Assembly: GCF_964194155.1 (NCBI RefSeq)
Contig: NC_135892.1
Span: 11,780,001-11,844,000, forward strand
Direction of reading: 5' to 3'
Length of the DNA: 64,000 bases
Source: Cetorhinus maximus
Lineage: Eukaryota
This document shows positions 35,431-47,605 of this stretch, one piece after another; the stretch's first letter is position 1, and the number at the start of each line of letters is the position of its first letter. Under the pieces are notes generated by a model. It was not told the DNA's origin, did no database searches, and worked only from the letters and a program-made list of their open reading frames with translations. A program made the translations under genes and the position numbers.

Positions 35431-35855
35431 TTATGTTGGCAGGATGCTGCTCAGTCCAATATATGGATTAACCAATTTATGCCGGACAGATTAATGCCTC
35501 ATTGAAATAGAGGGTGGAATGCAATTGGTGTGTGGGGACAATATTAAGGGTTCATCCTCTGCTAATTGTCACCAGTAATTTCGACACTACTAACTAACCA
35601 ACCAACGTATTCCCCAATTACATGTATATGTGTGTGATATACATGTGTACATAAAAGTCTCAACGTCTGGTACACATTTGTCACACTTCAAGTGTCACGT
35701 TTTAGATTGCCGATTGTTGCAGATTGGATTTTTTTAATAAGGAAAATAAAGCCAGTCCTCTTCAAGCTTTGGAGAAATCCCCAAACAACAGAAAATAACT
35801 TCTAATTGACTTCAGGAGTTGTACTTGAAAAGGAGCTATAAAAAGACAGCCAGAC

Positions 35856-35872
35856 TGACCTCTGACTGACCC
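35856..35872 (-). promoter_or_regulatory. Candidate DR5 retinoic-acid response element
   Basis: TGACCT-CTGAC-TGACCC, reverse complement GGGTCA-n5-AGGTCA, is an exact RGKTCA DR5 match in non-repeat sequence. Motif only, function untested. Confidence 0.35.
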
Positions 35873-36279
35873 AAGGCTCTGTTCAGAGCAATCCGCCTCT
35901 AACTGACCCCGAGAAGGTACAACAATTACACTTTGTAACCATAAAGGTATCAGAACAAGTTTTATACGGAATGTATTTTATACATCCATAGTAGATAGGT
36001 GAGGGAGAAATACGGACAGTCACTAAATCCATGTCTTATTGGGTTGTCAATGGAGGCTTACTTTCCAATTTTCCACTTTTCCCTCCTCCAATGTCTTTTC
36101 CCTCGTTGCTCTGTCAGATTTACACGATTAAATTCAGTCAATGGTGGACAGCAGGGGTTGGAAGGCTGAGTTAGGATGTTTCCTTTACACAGCTGTTTGA
36201 AATAGAATAAGACTTCATCATACCAAAGTGAGACTCAAATGGCCTGGCTGGATTTTCCTGATGAGCCTTTCTTATATCG

Positions 36280-36525
36280 CAACATGGGAACAGGAGGAGG
36301 CCATTCAGCCCCTCCGCCCCCCCCAGCCTGTTCAGCCATTCAGTGAGATCACGGTTGACACATAACCTAACTCCATATACCTGCCTCTGGCCCCTATCCT
36401 TTAATACCTTTGGATAACAAAATTCTACCAACCTCAGATTTAAAGTAATAAATTCAGCCAGTACCAATTGCCATTTGCGGAAGAGAGTTCCAAACTTCAA
36501 CCCCCACGCTGTGTGTAGTTGCTTA
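36280..36525 (-). mobile_element. CR1 3' end
   Basis: GGAACAGGAGGAGGCCATTCAGCCC...GGAAGAGAGTTCCAAAC (WNSLP on the minus strand). Confidence 0.85.
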
Positions 36526-36611
36526 GTGTTTTTCCTTATGCAGTATAACAAAATGCAGCCATGTGCCTGATTATGTTGGTCTATTGGTCGAACACCAATC
36601 CTCAGCAAAGA

Positions 36612-36790
36612 TAAAAGCAAAATACTGTGGCTGCTGGAAATTTGAAACAAAAACAGAAAATGCTGGAAAAACTCAGCAGGTCTAACAGCATCTGTGGACA
36701 GGAAGACAGAGTTAATGTTTCGAGTCCGTATGACTCTTTTTCAGAGCTAAAGAGAAGTAAAAATGTGATGGAATTTATACTGTTTAATCC
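36612..36790 (-). mobile_element. Penelope-like pLTR fragment with a decayed hammerhead (36710-36748)
   Basis: Reverse complement AGCT-CTGAAAA-A-GAGTC-ATACG-GACTC-GAAA-C-ATT-AACT. Homologous to 8960-9130. Confidence 0.7.
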
Positions 36791-37209
36791 TCAGCAGTTG
36801 GTCTGAGCCTGGTTTCCCGGTCCGGCTGCCTCATTAGTTTTTTCAACATTGGTTGGGTGCAATTCATCACATGACAACTGTCCCACCTCTGCCATTGGTC
36901 ACCAATACATCGATCCTGTGGTGCCCTACTTTCCCATATCAACTGGGAAACATATGCAAGCTCTTTATGACACTCTTGGATGCTCCTTGACTCTCACACT
37001 AATGGCCTTTTCACCTTTCTCCAATATTTTTTATAAATGAAAAGTTAAAATGTTAAAAGAAAATGATTTTCTTAATGTGCTCAATGCTGTATCTCTTGGG
37101 TCCGCTGTCAGCAATGTCCAGGAATTGAACCTGCAATTCCTGGAGCCTCCAGGACAAAACTGGACAGTTGGCAACTGGCTCAAGATGGCTAAGTATTCAG
37201 GCCCTACAA

Positions 37210-37625
37210 AGAAAGATGTGTATTTCTTATGCGCTTTTCATGACCATCAAAGGACTTTAAGCCAACGATGTATTTTTGCAGTGTAGTCACCGTTGCAATG
37301 TAGGAAGAACAGCAACCAATTCGTGCACAACAAACTTCCACAAACAATAATGTGATAATTTGTTTCTGTGATGTTGATTGAGGGTTAAATATTAGTCAGG
37401 ACACCAGGGATACTTCTGTTGCTCTTCTTCCAAATAGCACCTTGGGATCTTTTATGTCCACCTGAGAGAGCTGACAGGGCTTCAGTTTAACATCTTGTCC
37501 AAAAGGACAGCACCACCTGACAATGCAAAGTGTCGGCCTCGATTGTTGAGCTTAGGTACTGGAGTAGGACTTGAACCCACGACCTTCTGATTCAGAGGCA
37601 AGGCCCTCTGAGCCATGGCTAACAC
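37210..37625 (-). mobile_element. Deu-SINE, near full length
   Basis: Tail, decayed core and B box (GGACTTGAACCC on the + strand). Confidence 0.85.
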
Positions 37626-38244
37626 TTAACAATGTGTAAATGACTGAGACCTGATAGTCTCACGCTGACCGAGTGTTGGTATTTTCATGAATATCATGTA
37701 TTTCCTGGCAGCCTTGGCATGGGTTTAAGTCCTAGCAGTTTCGTAACCGTCCGCCTAAGTCGATGTCAGGCTATGATCCTGAAATGCAGCAAACTTGCAA
37801 CTGAATCCATAGTGAAGATTTTTCCAGACTGGATGTTTAACCAGAGTGGAGCCCAAAAAGCCAATTTCATGGAATTTCCCTTGGCTGCTGTGTTTCAACT
37901 GTGGAGCAAGTTCCCCTTGATCATTGTCAAGCTAATGTGCCATGTCCTTTAGTTGTGGTTTATATAATGACAGGTGTGGAGAATTTGGTTCTGACAACTA
38001 CTTTGTTTAATTGGTACCATTTAAAGGGAGAATACAATGTTTTCAATGCAAGTTCTGCAGTAAAGGGAGTAGTGACTTGCCAAAGGTCGTTATATTTGGG
38101 TTAGTCAGCCGTGGGCCAGCTTGAGATGAATAAAGGTTGGTTGCTGTGAGCACTCTTTATATCCCAGTTTCATTAAGGATCACAGATCGGGTGATTGCTT
38201 TGCTCACCATCACTGTTCAGTCTGGAAGTGTGAGCTCGAGTTTT

Positions 38245-38585
38245 TATCCACTTGTCCATCCCACTCTGACCTCTCTGTCCTCAGCCCCTGACACTGTTCC
38301 AGTGAAACTCGAGCAGCAGCGCCCCCATCTTTCAGTTAGGCAGTATACAGCCTTCCAACTTCAACACTGGGTTCAACAATTTCAGATCATAGCCTCTTGT
38401 CCCGTTATCTCAGAAACCAGGTTCTGGCCGTGATTCTGTTATTCCCATTTACGCCTTTTCAGGGCCCATCTTTTGTTCCTTTGCTTGTCCTATTGCCATA
38501 TCCTTTTGTCTTGCTCCATCATCCCTTTTGTCATTTAATCACTCTGCCCTGCAACCTATCACAGTACCTTTCTTTTTCTCTTTAT
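38245..38585 (+). mobile_element. Penelope-like element: decayed GIY-YIG C-terminus and 3' UTR
   Basis: Frameshifted SHSDLSVL...KLEQQ..IFQLGSIQPSNFNTGFNNFR*, resembling the LEEQHLIFRLGTLQPxGLNxxF end of vertebrate PLE ORFs. Confidence 0.7.
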
Positions 38586-39124
38586 TAATGGTAGTTGACC
38601 CCCTGATCTTGTTCCCACCCTCATTTGATCAGGTGCTGGGTGGGCAGGGTGCATCTGTTTGGGATGAGATGTGATAGAATTTGGAAAGGTGGATCATTAA
38701 CATGCCCTGGTTAAAACCCCTTCCCTCCTTTATTAGTGCAGGGTTGTTCTCTGGTTGGGCTTTGCTTGGGAAATGGGGGCAGAAAGATAAGTGCAGCTGT
38801 GCAAATGGGCCTTGGGGCCTTCAGTCGGAGAGCAGCAGCCGGAAGGCCTACAGGCCTGAAAATCTAATGGGTTCTGACAGAAAAAGGAAGCCACTCGTGT
38901 GTTGGCCTAACTTCTGATATGAGAGAGGCCCAAGGCTCACACTAGCTTCTAGTTGCCACTAAAATTGGGTATCCTGTGTTCACAGGAAGAGGAAATTGAG
39001 ATGGCAGAGCAATGAGCTGCCCCCAACTCATTCCCTAAGGCCTGGGCCTAATACGTGTGCTTCTTAAATTCACCTTCCATTAGCCTGTGCTATTGCTGCT
39101 TTATAGGGGAGACAAAGAGGAGCT

Positions 39125-40525
39125 GGGCTGGATTTTCATCCTGGAGGAGGGTAGCAGGAGTATGGAAATTTCCCAGTTTGGCCTGCCCACCTCTGGAGAA
39201 AGTGCCAGCAAAGTTGGGACTTTTCTTTCGCAGGGGGGCGGGGTTGCTAACTGGAGTTCGGCCCGCTGCCCTCAGAAGGCGTTTTGAGGCAGTCATAAGG
39301 GCTGCCAAGCGCCGAGGCTGACTGTTTAAAAAGCCCGCCTCGATGCCCTGGAACTTCACCCCAGTTGTAATAATGACAGCAAAACAAAGAACAGCCCTCT
39401 AGCCCTCACCCCTCACACCCCCTCATCTCCTACATATTCCCCATGCTCCATCTATGCCAACTTATGCCACCTCATACCCTCAACCCACCCCCATGGCCCC
39501 TCATACCCTCTGCCGAGAGCCCAGGAATGCACTACTCTGTTGAAACACCTGAGCTCCAGGGGGAACATTGCTTGATTGACAGCTCTGCTCTCTGATCTTT
39601 GCTGTCAATTTGACAATGTTTATTTACAAAAGGTAACAGGGTTTCAAGTGATTGCAGTTTCAGCTTTTGATACCTTAATGGGTCCGGATGATTGACATCT
39701 TTATAGAGCTGTAGTGAAAGGAGCTTTTTAAGAAAGTGGAAAGTTATGAATGAATGCCTGTTTTGAAGGCTGTTGACATATCCTTTTGTCAGTACAGGGT
39801 TTATTGATTCTGTACAGAGCGTACAGTGGATGAGTACACATGGAAGTGCCATAGTTTGGCATAGAAGGAATGAGAGGCCATGGCTTGGCATGGAGGGTAT
39901 GAGGAGCCATGGGGGGGGTGGGTGGATGAACATAGCTTGGCATAGAGGGTATGAGGAGCCATGGGGGGGGTGGGTGGAGGGACATAGCTTGGCTCAGAGG
40001 GTATGAGGAGCCATGAGGGGGTGGATGGAGGGACATAGCTTGGCATAGAGGGTATGAGGAGCCATGAGGGGGTGGATGGAGGGACATAGCTTGGCTCGGA
40101 GGGTATGAGAAGCCATGGGGTGGGGTGGGTGGATGAACATAGCTTGGCTCGGAGGGTATGAGGAGCCATGGGGGGTGGATGGAGGGACATAGCTTGGCAT
40201 GGGAGGCATAGGTAAGACCTTTTGAACTTATCTTTCAAAAGATTCCCTCCTGTGGACAATGGTTCACAACACCTCTGAGGTGCTGAAAACCATGACTCTT
40301 TAAAAACCTGGCCTGACCCCATGAAAATTATGGGCGGCCAACAGATGCCTATCTCTGCCATGGAGCTGGCCAGTCTGGGAGTCCAGGGCGCACCAACCTG
40401 AATCCTTAACCTGCACTGGTGGAAACTGGGGACACCGGGAATGGGGTCAGGAATCCCGTAATTGGGTCCCGGCTGCCATTTTTACACCTCCACAGAGTCT
40501 CCTTGACTCCATGAAAATCAAGCCT
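39125..40525. mobile_element. About 1.4-kb non-autonomous TIR element with inverted internal arms
   Basis: TIRs GGGCTGGATTTTCAT...ATGAAAATCAAGCCT (13/15). No transposase ORF. Confidence 0.75.
39894..40201. repeat. About 51-bp G-rich minisatellite, 6 copies
   Basis: Units of GAGGGTATGAGGAGCCATG(G-run)TGGRTGGA...ACATAGCTTGGC. Confidence 0.95.
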
Positions 40526-40529
40526 GATG

Positions 40530-40812
40530 TGTCCACTAGTTGTGGGGACCATAAACAGGACTCATGAATATGGGATAGTCTCTTGGATACTGGTAAGGAT
40601 TCAGAAATAAAATTCTTTAGGGTAGTTAGAATGTGGAATTCATTACCACAGGGAACGGTTGAGATAAATAGCATAGATGTATCAAGAGGAAGCTGGATAA
40701 ACGCATAAGGGAGAGCAGACTAAAGAATAAGGTGAGATGAAAGGGGTAGGAGGAAGCTCAAGTGGAGCAAGGAGCTGGTGGGCTGTTTCTGTGCTGTCCA
40801 TTCTAGCTAACT
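40530..40812 (+). mobile_element. CR1 3' end (donor of a local duplication)
   Basis: GTTAGAATGTGGAATTCATTACCACAGGG (VRMWNSLPQG) plus UTR. Confidence 0.8.
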
Positions 40813-41569
40813 AAAAGTTGTAGCTATAATATCTCAACTACTTTGACGAAGTCTTATTAATTTAGACCACAATAAGATTTTTTTTTTTAAAAGTGCATTT
40901 TGGATTTCTAGAACATCTGGACCTGAGATAGTTTACGTATATTCCCCCAAAGTTTTTTAGCAGCAAGGGTCACATACCCCGACATTCAATTCATTTCAAA
41001 GGCCATTTTGATTGTTCTTGATGGGATATGCGCCGTGAATAAAGGTTTCCTTTTCAAAAGGTTGGTTTACTCCTAATTTACATGTATAGCTCTACATGTG
41101 AAAATAGCAACCTATCATTCATGAGCACCTCAAATCAGATTGAAAATCATCCACAGGGTATTCCCAGGTTAGTCTCAGATCAAACCTTCTCCTCTTCTTT
41201 TTCTATCACCACTTTCAGTGTTTCTAACAATTCCTGCCAACCATTTAATTCTCTATCTCAGGGATATGGCCAAGCACAGGATAAGACAAAGATTCCACAC
41301 CCCCGCCTGGCTGATCCTAAACATTAAAGCCCTGGTTTGAAATCATTCTTTAAATGCAGAGTGAGCGACAAACTTGCACCCTGGTGCTGTCTGACTCAGG
41401 TCTCTCCTTTCAATGCCGCTGGTGAGCCTTCCTGCAGGAGCCTCAACAGGCTGCTGCGAGATAATGGACAAAAGGTGTGGAGGACATCCGGGAACAGGCC
41501 CCTTCATCATGCTAAGCGCTATGCTATTGGTGGGATGTGGTCAGGAGGTCAGTGCCAGTTGGTGGGATA

Positions 41570-41815
41570 AATATGGGATAGTCTCTTGGATACCGATAAG
41601 GATTCAGAAATAAAATTCTTTAGGGTAGTTAGAAGGTGGAATTCATTACCACAGGGAACGGTTGAGGTAAGTAGCATAGATGTATCAAGAGGAAGCTGGA
41701 TAAACGCATAAGGGAGAGCAGACTAAAGGATAAGGTGAGATGAAAGCGATAGGAGGAAGCTCAAGTGGAGCAAGGAGCTGGTGGGCTGTTTCTGTGCTGC
41801 CCATTCTAGCTAACT
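41570..41815 (+). repeat. 246-bp direct duplicate of 40567-40812
   Basis: Gap-free alignment at offset 1003 with about 9 substitutions counted by eye. Confidence 0.95.
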
Positions 41816-42024
41816 GGGAGGGAAATCTGGAGCAGGGCTGCCCCTGGTTCCATTGTGGGGTGGGTCGGGGGGGAGTGTGGGTCCTGCAAGGGCACTTCTG
41901 CCTCTCCTGAACTGCATAAAACAAAAGATCTCCTTTTTCTTGGCAAAAGGAGGCTGCAAATCCTTTGATTCATCTCATTTGTTTTCTTTGTCCTCTTTCC
42001 AGCCCTGTTTGAGTCATTCGCTCC

Positions 42025-42277
42025 TTGCATAATCACACCACCACTGGCAGTGGTGCCTTCAGCTGCCTGTGCCCTGAGCTCTGCAATTCCCTCCCTAATC
42101 CGTTCTTTCTCTCGCTCTGTCCTTTAAGATGCTCAGCAAAACCTACCTCTTTGGCCAAACAGCTGGTCATCCACCATAACATCTTATATGACTTGACATC
42201 AAATGTTGTTTGGTAATGTGAAGCACCTTGGGATGTTTTATTACATCCAAGGTGCTATATAAATGAAAGTTGTTCTT
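42025..42277 (+). mobile_element. L2 LINE 3' end
   Basis: TTGSGAFSCLCPELCNSLPNP plus tail GGTGCTATATAAATGAAAGTTGTT. Confidence 0.85.
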
Positions 42278-42289
42278 GCGTGGCTCAAT

Positions 42290-42625
42290 GCCATTAGATG
42301 CCCTCTAGTGCTTTTCCCAAGTGGTCATCCCTCATCGGTGAACTTTGACAGCTGAACTTGAGCTGATGGTTCAACTGCAGGGAGGAGGCCTTGAAACATC
42401 CTGACACCGACTCAAGACACCCAATACATGGGACTTCTAACAGGCTTCACTGGATGGCCATCAGAAGTGGGAATTCCAATTGACTTTCCCTCTCTAACAT
42501 GAGACTGCTGAGAAGAATTGTACCATCTCTATTACAGCCCCTCCAGAGATCAGCTAATTCATTTCAGGAAGGAACACAGAGCTTTCCTGGTCTCTCCAGC
42601 TCAGTCATTCAAGCCTTTAACAAGC
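42290..42625 (-). mobile_element. Old SINE (family C)
   Basis: CCCAAGTGGTCAT, TCACTGGATGG, AGAGATCAGCTAA and TTCCTGGTCT blocks shared with other decayed copies. Confidence 0.5.
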
Positions 42626-44112
42626 AAAATTATTGGTATAGTTTAGTCACATTCGTAACTGTCCTGATGATGTGATGTGTGCATGTGTAATATTAATCTT
42701 TAATTTCATCGGCTGGTCAAAAATATATATTGAACTGCTGCAAATTGACTTTTAAAAGAAAAAGCAAGTAAAGACACTGACTTAAGATGGCTACCACAGG
42801 TCATCTGACATGTCTGGTATTACAAGTTGGCCAGTTTCTGGAAGTTTCCAATATGGATTATGACATGTCAAGCCAGCCTCCTTTGGAATTTCACACCTGT
42901 CAAGAATTCTTCAAAGATGAACTGAAACTATACTGTCTCTCACTATTTGGATTTCTATAAACCCACCTTTCAGGCAGAGACAGAAAGTCTACTGGGATAA
43001 TGGCTATATAGAGTGTGCCCTTCCTGGCTCATCACAGGGAAGAATGGTCCATGCAAAAGTGCAAAAGGGACATTAAAGAAACTAATCACCTAGGCCATAA
43101 CACATTAGTCAAAGTCTGTCCAGGCATGAGCTCATCAATTACCTTCTGTGGAATACCCAACTCATTATGGAGAGCGAGATCATGTGACCACAATAACCAT
43201 TTTGAAATGACTTTTATGACAACAACCTGGTTGCTTTGGAGCAGCCAAGAAGAAATCTGCCAATGGAGGAGTAACACCATCTCTCTCTCCCCTATTCTCA
43301 AGTTCAGAGCCCTATCTCTGTTACATTGTGGAATCCATCACAGAGATAGAGAATTTCAATCAAAAGGAGCCTTGGGTACAATATCATCGACTTTTGGAAA
43401 AAAACAGATTATGGTTTAAAAGAGACTGTGTCTCCAGAAATTACAGATTATGTCATCCTCAACCCCCAAGGAACTTCTGGACCACTGTGGAAAATATCTG
43501 CTTCGTACACCAGCAAAGGAATCATTAACAGTGAACACACTGTTATTTTTTTTTTGCCTCTTATCATTGAATTTTAATCTGACCAAAATGTAACCTCCTT
43601 TGCTGTATAACTTGTAATTTTGCACGCTTGTCAGCGTGCATGTGTTGCATAGATTGGGACATGCATTTACCTTTTTTTAAAAATATCTTTGTATCTTTAA
43701 TTGGGTGGATTTTTAGCACAACAGAGACTAACTCCTTTGGGTTTAAATTCAAGAAAGCTTGTTGGAGTGAGTTATTTGCAATGCAATCAGCACGGAAATG
43801 GTTAAGTACAGAGACACTGAACTAATACCATCAAACTTAAAAAAATTACAAAAAAGCCTGTTACGATAAATCAAGGAGTGGAAAGAAAGGTCGAGTCCTG
43901 ACATGTGTCCTCACCAGTCGTAACATAACCAAAGCAATTTTAATTAAAACTAGAACAGCGGGGAAGAATTTTTGTAGCAGTGCAATTTAAATTGCTTCAA
44001 TTTGAGCTAACATAGTGAACAGATTGAGTTTTATCTTTGGTGCTGTATTCTTAAGCAGCCACTTCAGGTGTCAATAGTATAATAACTAAAATTCTAAACT
44101 TAACAAGCAAGC

Positions 44113-44222
44113 GCAGGAACAGGAAAAGGCCATGTTGCCCCTCAAACTTGCTCTGCCAATCGAGGAGATCACTGCTGATCTGTGACCTGACTCCTTGTAC
44201 CTGCCTTTGCCCCATATTCCTT
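44113..44222 (-). mobile_element. CR1 3' tail fragment
   Basis: GGAACAGGAAAAGGCCAT...GCTGATCTGTGACCTGACTCC...TTTGCCCCATATTCC. Confidence 0.7.
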
Positions 44223-45127
44223 GCAACATCAACTTAGGCTGAACTGACACTTTCAGAATCGAGAAAGGATAAGCTAACTTTAGCAGTGAAAAACTGTAAA
44301 TGCATTTTTGGCCAGTTCCGAGCACTTTCTGAGTGATTGTGGGGAAGAATGACACAGGTACAGCACAGATTATGAGGGCGTGAAATTACTTGTCAGCAGC
44401 AGATTGCAATGAGCGAAGACAGGAAGTTCCATTCCTGCCTTGCCTGCACCTTGTGTCAATTTCCCATTGATATTAAACAGAGACATGTTGAGAATACAGA
44501 TACAATACATGGTAACTCTTTAAAATACGGCTTTAAAAAGTAACTTCATTATCCCTCCTGTGTACATTTGAATGTTACAATTGTTGGATGCTCTTTGTTT
44601 TTGTGAATGTTGTCATAATGTTGTCTCTAGCCATTGTTAACATCATCTTCACAACATTCTGCTCCCCTGCACCCACTAAAATATTCCCCATCTGCTCTCC
44701 AAACCACTACCTTTCCTGGTGGGTTACAACTGCACAGGTGCTGACCAGCTTAACATATCTTAATGTAATAGCCATTCTTCATCTGCCACGTTGTGGTATA
44801 ATTTACCTACGTTTAAAATTCCTTGATCTTTTTGTGCTGGTTTGACTGATTTTCCCTCTGTATTAACTGATATAACTCGGAGAAACCCAACCCCGAAATA
44901 CTTTTGTGAAAAAGGTTTTCGAGCTTTTATTTGCTCCTTTTAGAAATAGATGCAGCAATGAAGGTGAATTTCGTTTCCGTGTGATCTAAGCATGGTGAAA
45001 TTGGTCGAAAACTTTTTAGCGCTTCTTCTTTCCCAAGCCAAAAAAAGAATCCAAGTTTGTTAACTTGCTGTTTCAGGAAAAGAATAACCAGAGAAGAAAG
45101 GACAATGTTCGAACTGAGTCTGCAGAC

Positions 45128-45572
45128 AGTCCCATTCCCCTATCACCCCTCTGCTCACTGATCTACATTGGCTTCCAGTCAAACATTGCCTTGATTTTAA
45201 AATTCTCATCCTTGCTTTCAAATCCCTCCGTAATCTCCTCTGACTCCACAACCCCCTGAGATATCTGCACTCCTCTAATTCTGGCCTCTTGCGGATCCCC
45301 AATTATAATCGTTCTGCCATTGGCGGACGTACCTTCAGCTGCCAGGGCCCTAAGCTCTGGAATTCCCTCCCTAAACCTCTCCCCTCTCTAATTTGTTGCT
45401 TTCCTCCTTTAAGATGCCCCTTAAAACCTACCTCTATGACTGACCTTTTGGTCACCTGGCCTAATATCTCCTTATGAGGCTCAGTGTCACACTTTGTTTT
45501 ATGATCGCTCTTGTGAAGCACCTTGGGACATTTCATTACGTTAACGGCACTATATAAGTATAAATTGTTGTC
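45128..45572 (+). mobile_element. L2 LINE 3' end
   Basis: LHWLPV...DFKILILAFKSL...RIPNYNRSAIGGRTFSCQGPKLWNSLPKPL plus tail. Confidence 0.9.
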
Positions 45573-45714
45573 AAACTCTCCTGCCCTCTCCCCTCTCACT
45601 GTTGCCTTCAGTCTCCATAGTGCAGAGTATTGCACTGCAATGCTATATGCTCACATAAAACATCACTGCTATTCTCTAGTGTTACCGATCTTGAGCCGAG
45701 TTATACAGGGTTAT

Positions 45715-46212
45715 TTTTTTAAAAATTTATTCATTCACGGGATGTGGGCTTCGCTGGCTAGGCCAGCATTTATTGCCCATTCCTAATTTCCCTTGAGAGG
45801 GTGTTGATGATCTGCCCCTTCTTGAACTGCTGCAGTCCATGCAGTGTAGGTACACCCACAGTGCTGTTAGGGAGGGAGTTCCAGGATTTTGACTCAGTGA
45901 CATTGAAGGAATGGTGGTGTATTTCCAAATCAGGATGATGAGTGACTTGGAGGGGGACTTCCAGATAGGTGTTCCCATCTATCTGCTGCCCTTGTCCTTC
46001 TAGATGGTAGTGGTTGTGGGTTTGGAAGATGCTGCCTAAGGAGCCTTGGTGAATTTCTGCAGTCCACCTTGTAGATGGTACACACTGCTGCTACTGTGCA
46101 CGGGTGGGGAGGGAGTTGACGTTTGTGGATGGGGTGCCAATCAAGCGGGGGCTGCTTTGCTCTGGATGGTGTCAAGCTTCTTGAGTGTTGTTGGAGTTGC
46201 ACTCATCCAACT
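45715..46212 (-). mobile_element. CR1-like LINE family B 3' end
   Basis: TVAAVCTIYKVDCRNSPRLLRQHLPNPQPLPSRRTRAADRWEH plus tail. Confidence 0.9.
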
Positions 46213-46393
46213 GACTATTGACAATGCAGCGTGAGAATTATTTGCACTGCTCTTGAGTTAAGTCATCGAACCCTCACTTAGCTCATTAAGATGGCTGCCC
46301 CTCCAATGCAAAGCACTGTGAATGCAAGTTTCCTGCGCATCTGTCTGTGATGAATGGGGATAAATTCACTGCTGCACTTTTATGCGGGAACTA

Positions 46394-46525
46394 GGGATGG
46401 GATTTTCCAGGCCTGCCGCTGGAATTGTCCAGTCCCTCTGAAAGTCAATGGACTTCTGGCTGGGCTGCCGCACCCCTCCCCCCCCACGATGGGTCCCACC
46501 ACCAGGAGCCAGCAAATCGCAGCCC
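46394..46525. mobile_element. Short MITE
   Basis: GGGATGGGATTTTCC...GCAAATCGCAGCCC. Central AAGTCAATGG is the inverse of the CCATTGACTT block of the 14789 MITE. Confidence 0.55.
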
Positions 46526-46669
46526 AGGTTTCCGGTGTTTTGTAGAGATTTTGAATGATTTCCCTGAATAGATACTGGACCTGCATTTTTTTATATCTTT
46601 AAACGGCAGCAACACTTTAAAAAGAGAAAAGCCGCCACAATTACAATTTTTAAAAGCAGGCTTTGTTTC

Positions 46670-46740
46670 GTGCTGAGTTTTTCCAGCTATTTTTTGTTTT
46701 TGTTTCAGATTTCCAGCATCCGCGGTATTTTGCTTTTATC
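46670..46740 (+). mobile_element. Penelope-like pLTR fragment, opposite orientation
   Basis: TGCTGAGTTTTTCCAGC...GATTTCCAGCATCCGCGGTATTTTGCTTTT is the reverse complement of 36614-36677. Confidence 0.75.
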
Positions 46741-47154
46741 TTTTAGTTTCAGGTGTGTCAGTTATGGTGTAATAGCTTAAAAACATCCTCTTTTGATGAT
46801 ATCAATAAGATAACGAGGAGCTGAAAGAAGATTGTGTTTTTCCATATTTTTCCCTGGATTCAGATTTGTTTATGCTGACTCCTACTTGATTCACACCGCC
46901 TTTTCCAGGTCTAGCAACTGCTAATGAGATTCTCAGGATCTTTCTTGTGTCCGCTGCTGTGGGTGTAAAGCTAGCATGAACTTTGGTGTTGTTTCTGTCA
47001 CAGGTTGGACAGAGGAAATTCCGGCCCTTGTGATTGCCAAGTACAAGCAATTTCAGGAGTGGTATTGAAGATACAGTCAGGAAGTGAGTTAATTTCGGAT
47101 AGCATGCATGAGACCTTTGTTGCTTTTACATTGTTTTTTAAAATATATATATAT

Positions 47155-47605
47155 ATTTGTCCACGGGATCTAGGCATCGCTCACCACTCATTGCCCATCC
47201 TTAATTGCCCTTAAGAAGATAGTGGTGAGGCACCTTCTTGAACTGCAGCTGCCTTATGTGGTGTAGGTGCATCCAAAGTGCTGTTGGGAAGAGAGTTTCA
47301 GGATTTTGACCCAAAAACAATGAAGGAATTGGTGATTAGAGCTCCAAGTCAGGTTGATGTGGGGCTTGGGAGGTGCGGGGGGAGCTTACAGCTGATGGCG
47401 TACCCATGCGTCTGCTGCCCTTGTCCTTCTAGGTAGAAGAGGTTGCGGTTTTGGAAGGCGTTGCCAAAGAAGCCTTGGCGAATTGCTTCAGTGCATCTCG
47501 TGGCTGGTACAGAACACTGGTGATGGCAGAAGTGAACGTTTAAAGAAAAGAATGTGGTGCTGACCAAGTGGGCTATTTTGCCCAAGATGATTTTGAGCTG
47601 TTAGC
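47155..47605 (-). mobile_element. CR1-like LINE family B 3' end, more diverged
   Basis: TTGCCCATCCTTAATTGCCC...GTCTGCTGCCCTTGTCCTTCTAGG homologous to 45715-46212. Confidence 0.85.

Noticed and set aside
39728-40361. Pro/His-rich ORFs up to 186 aa
   Set aside because: Translations of the C-rich strand of the minisatellite.
42657-42690. Hammerhead core TGTCCTGATGA
   Set aside because: No downstream stem II, GAAA or stem I partner.
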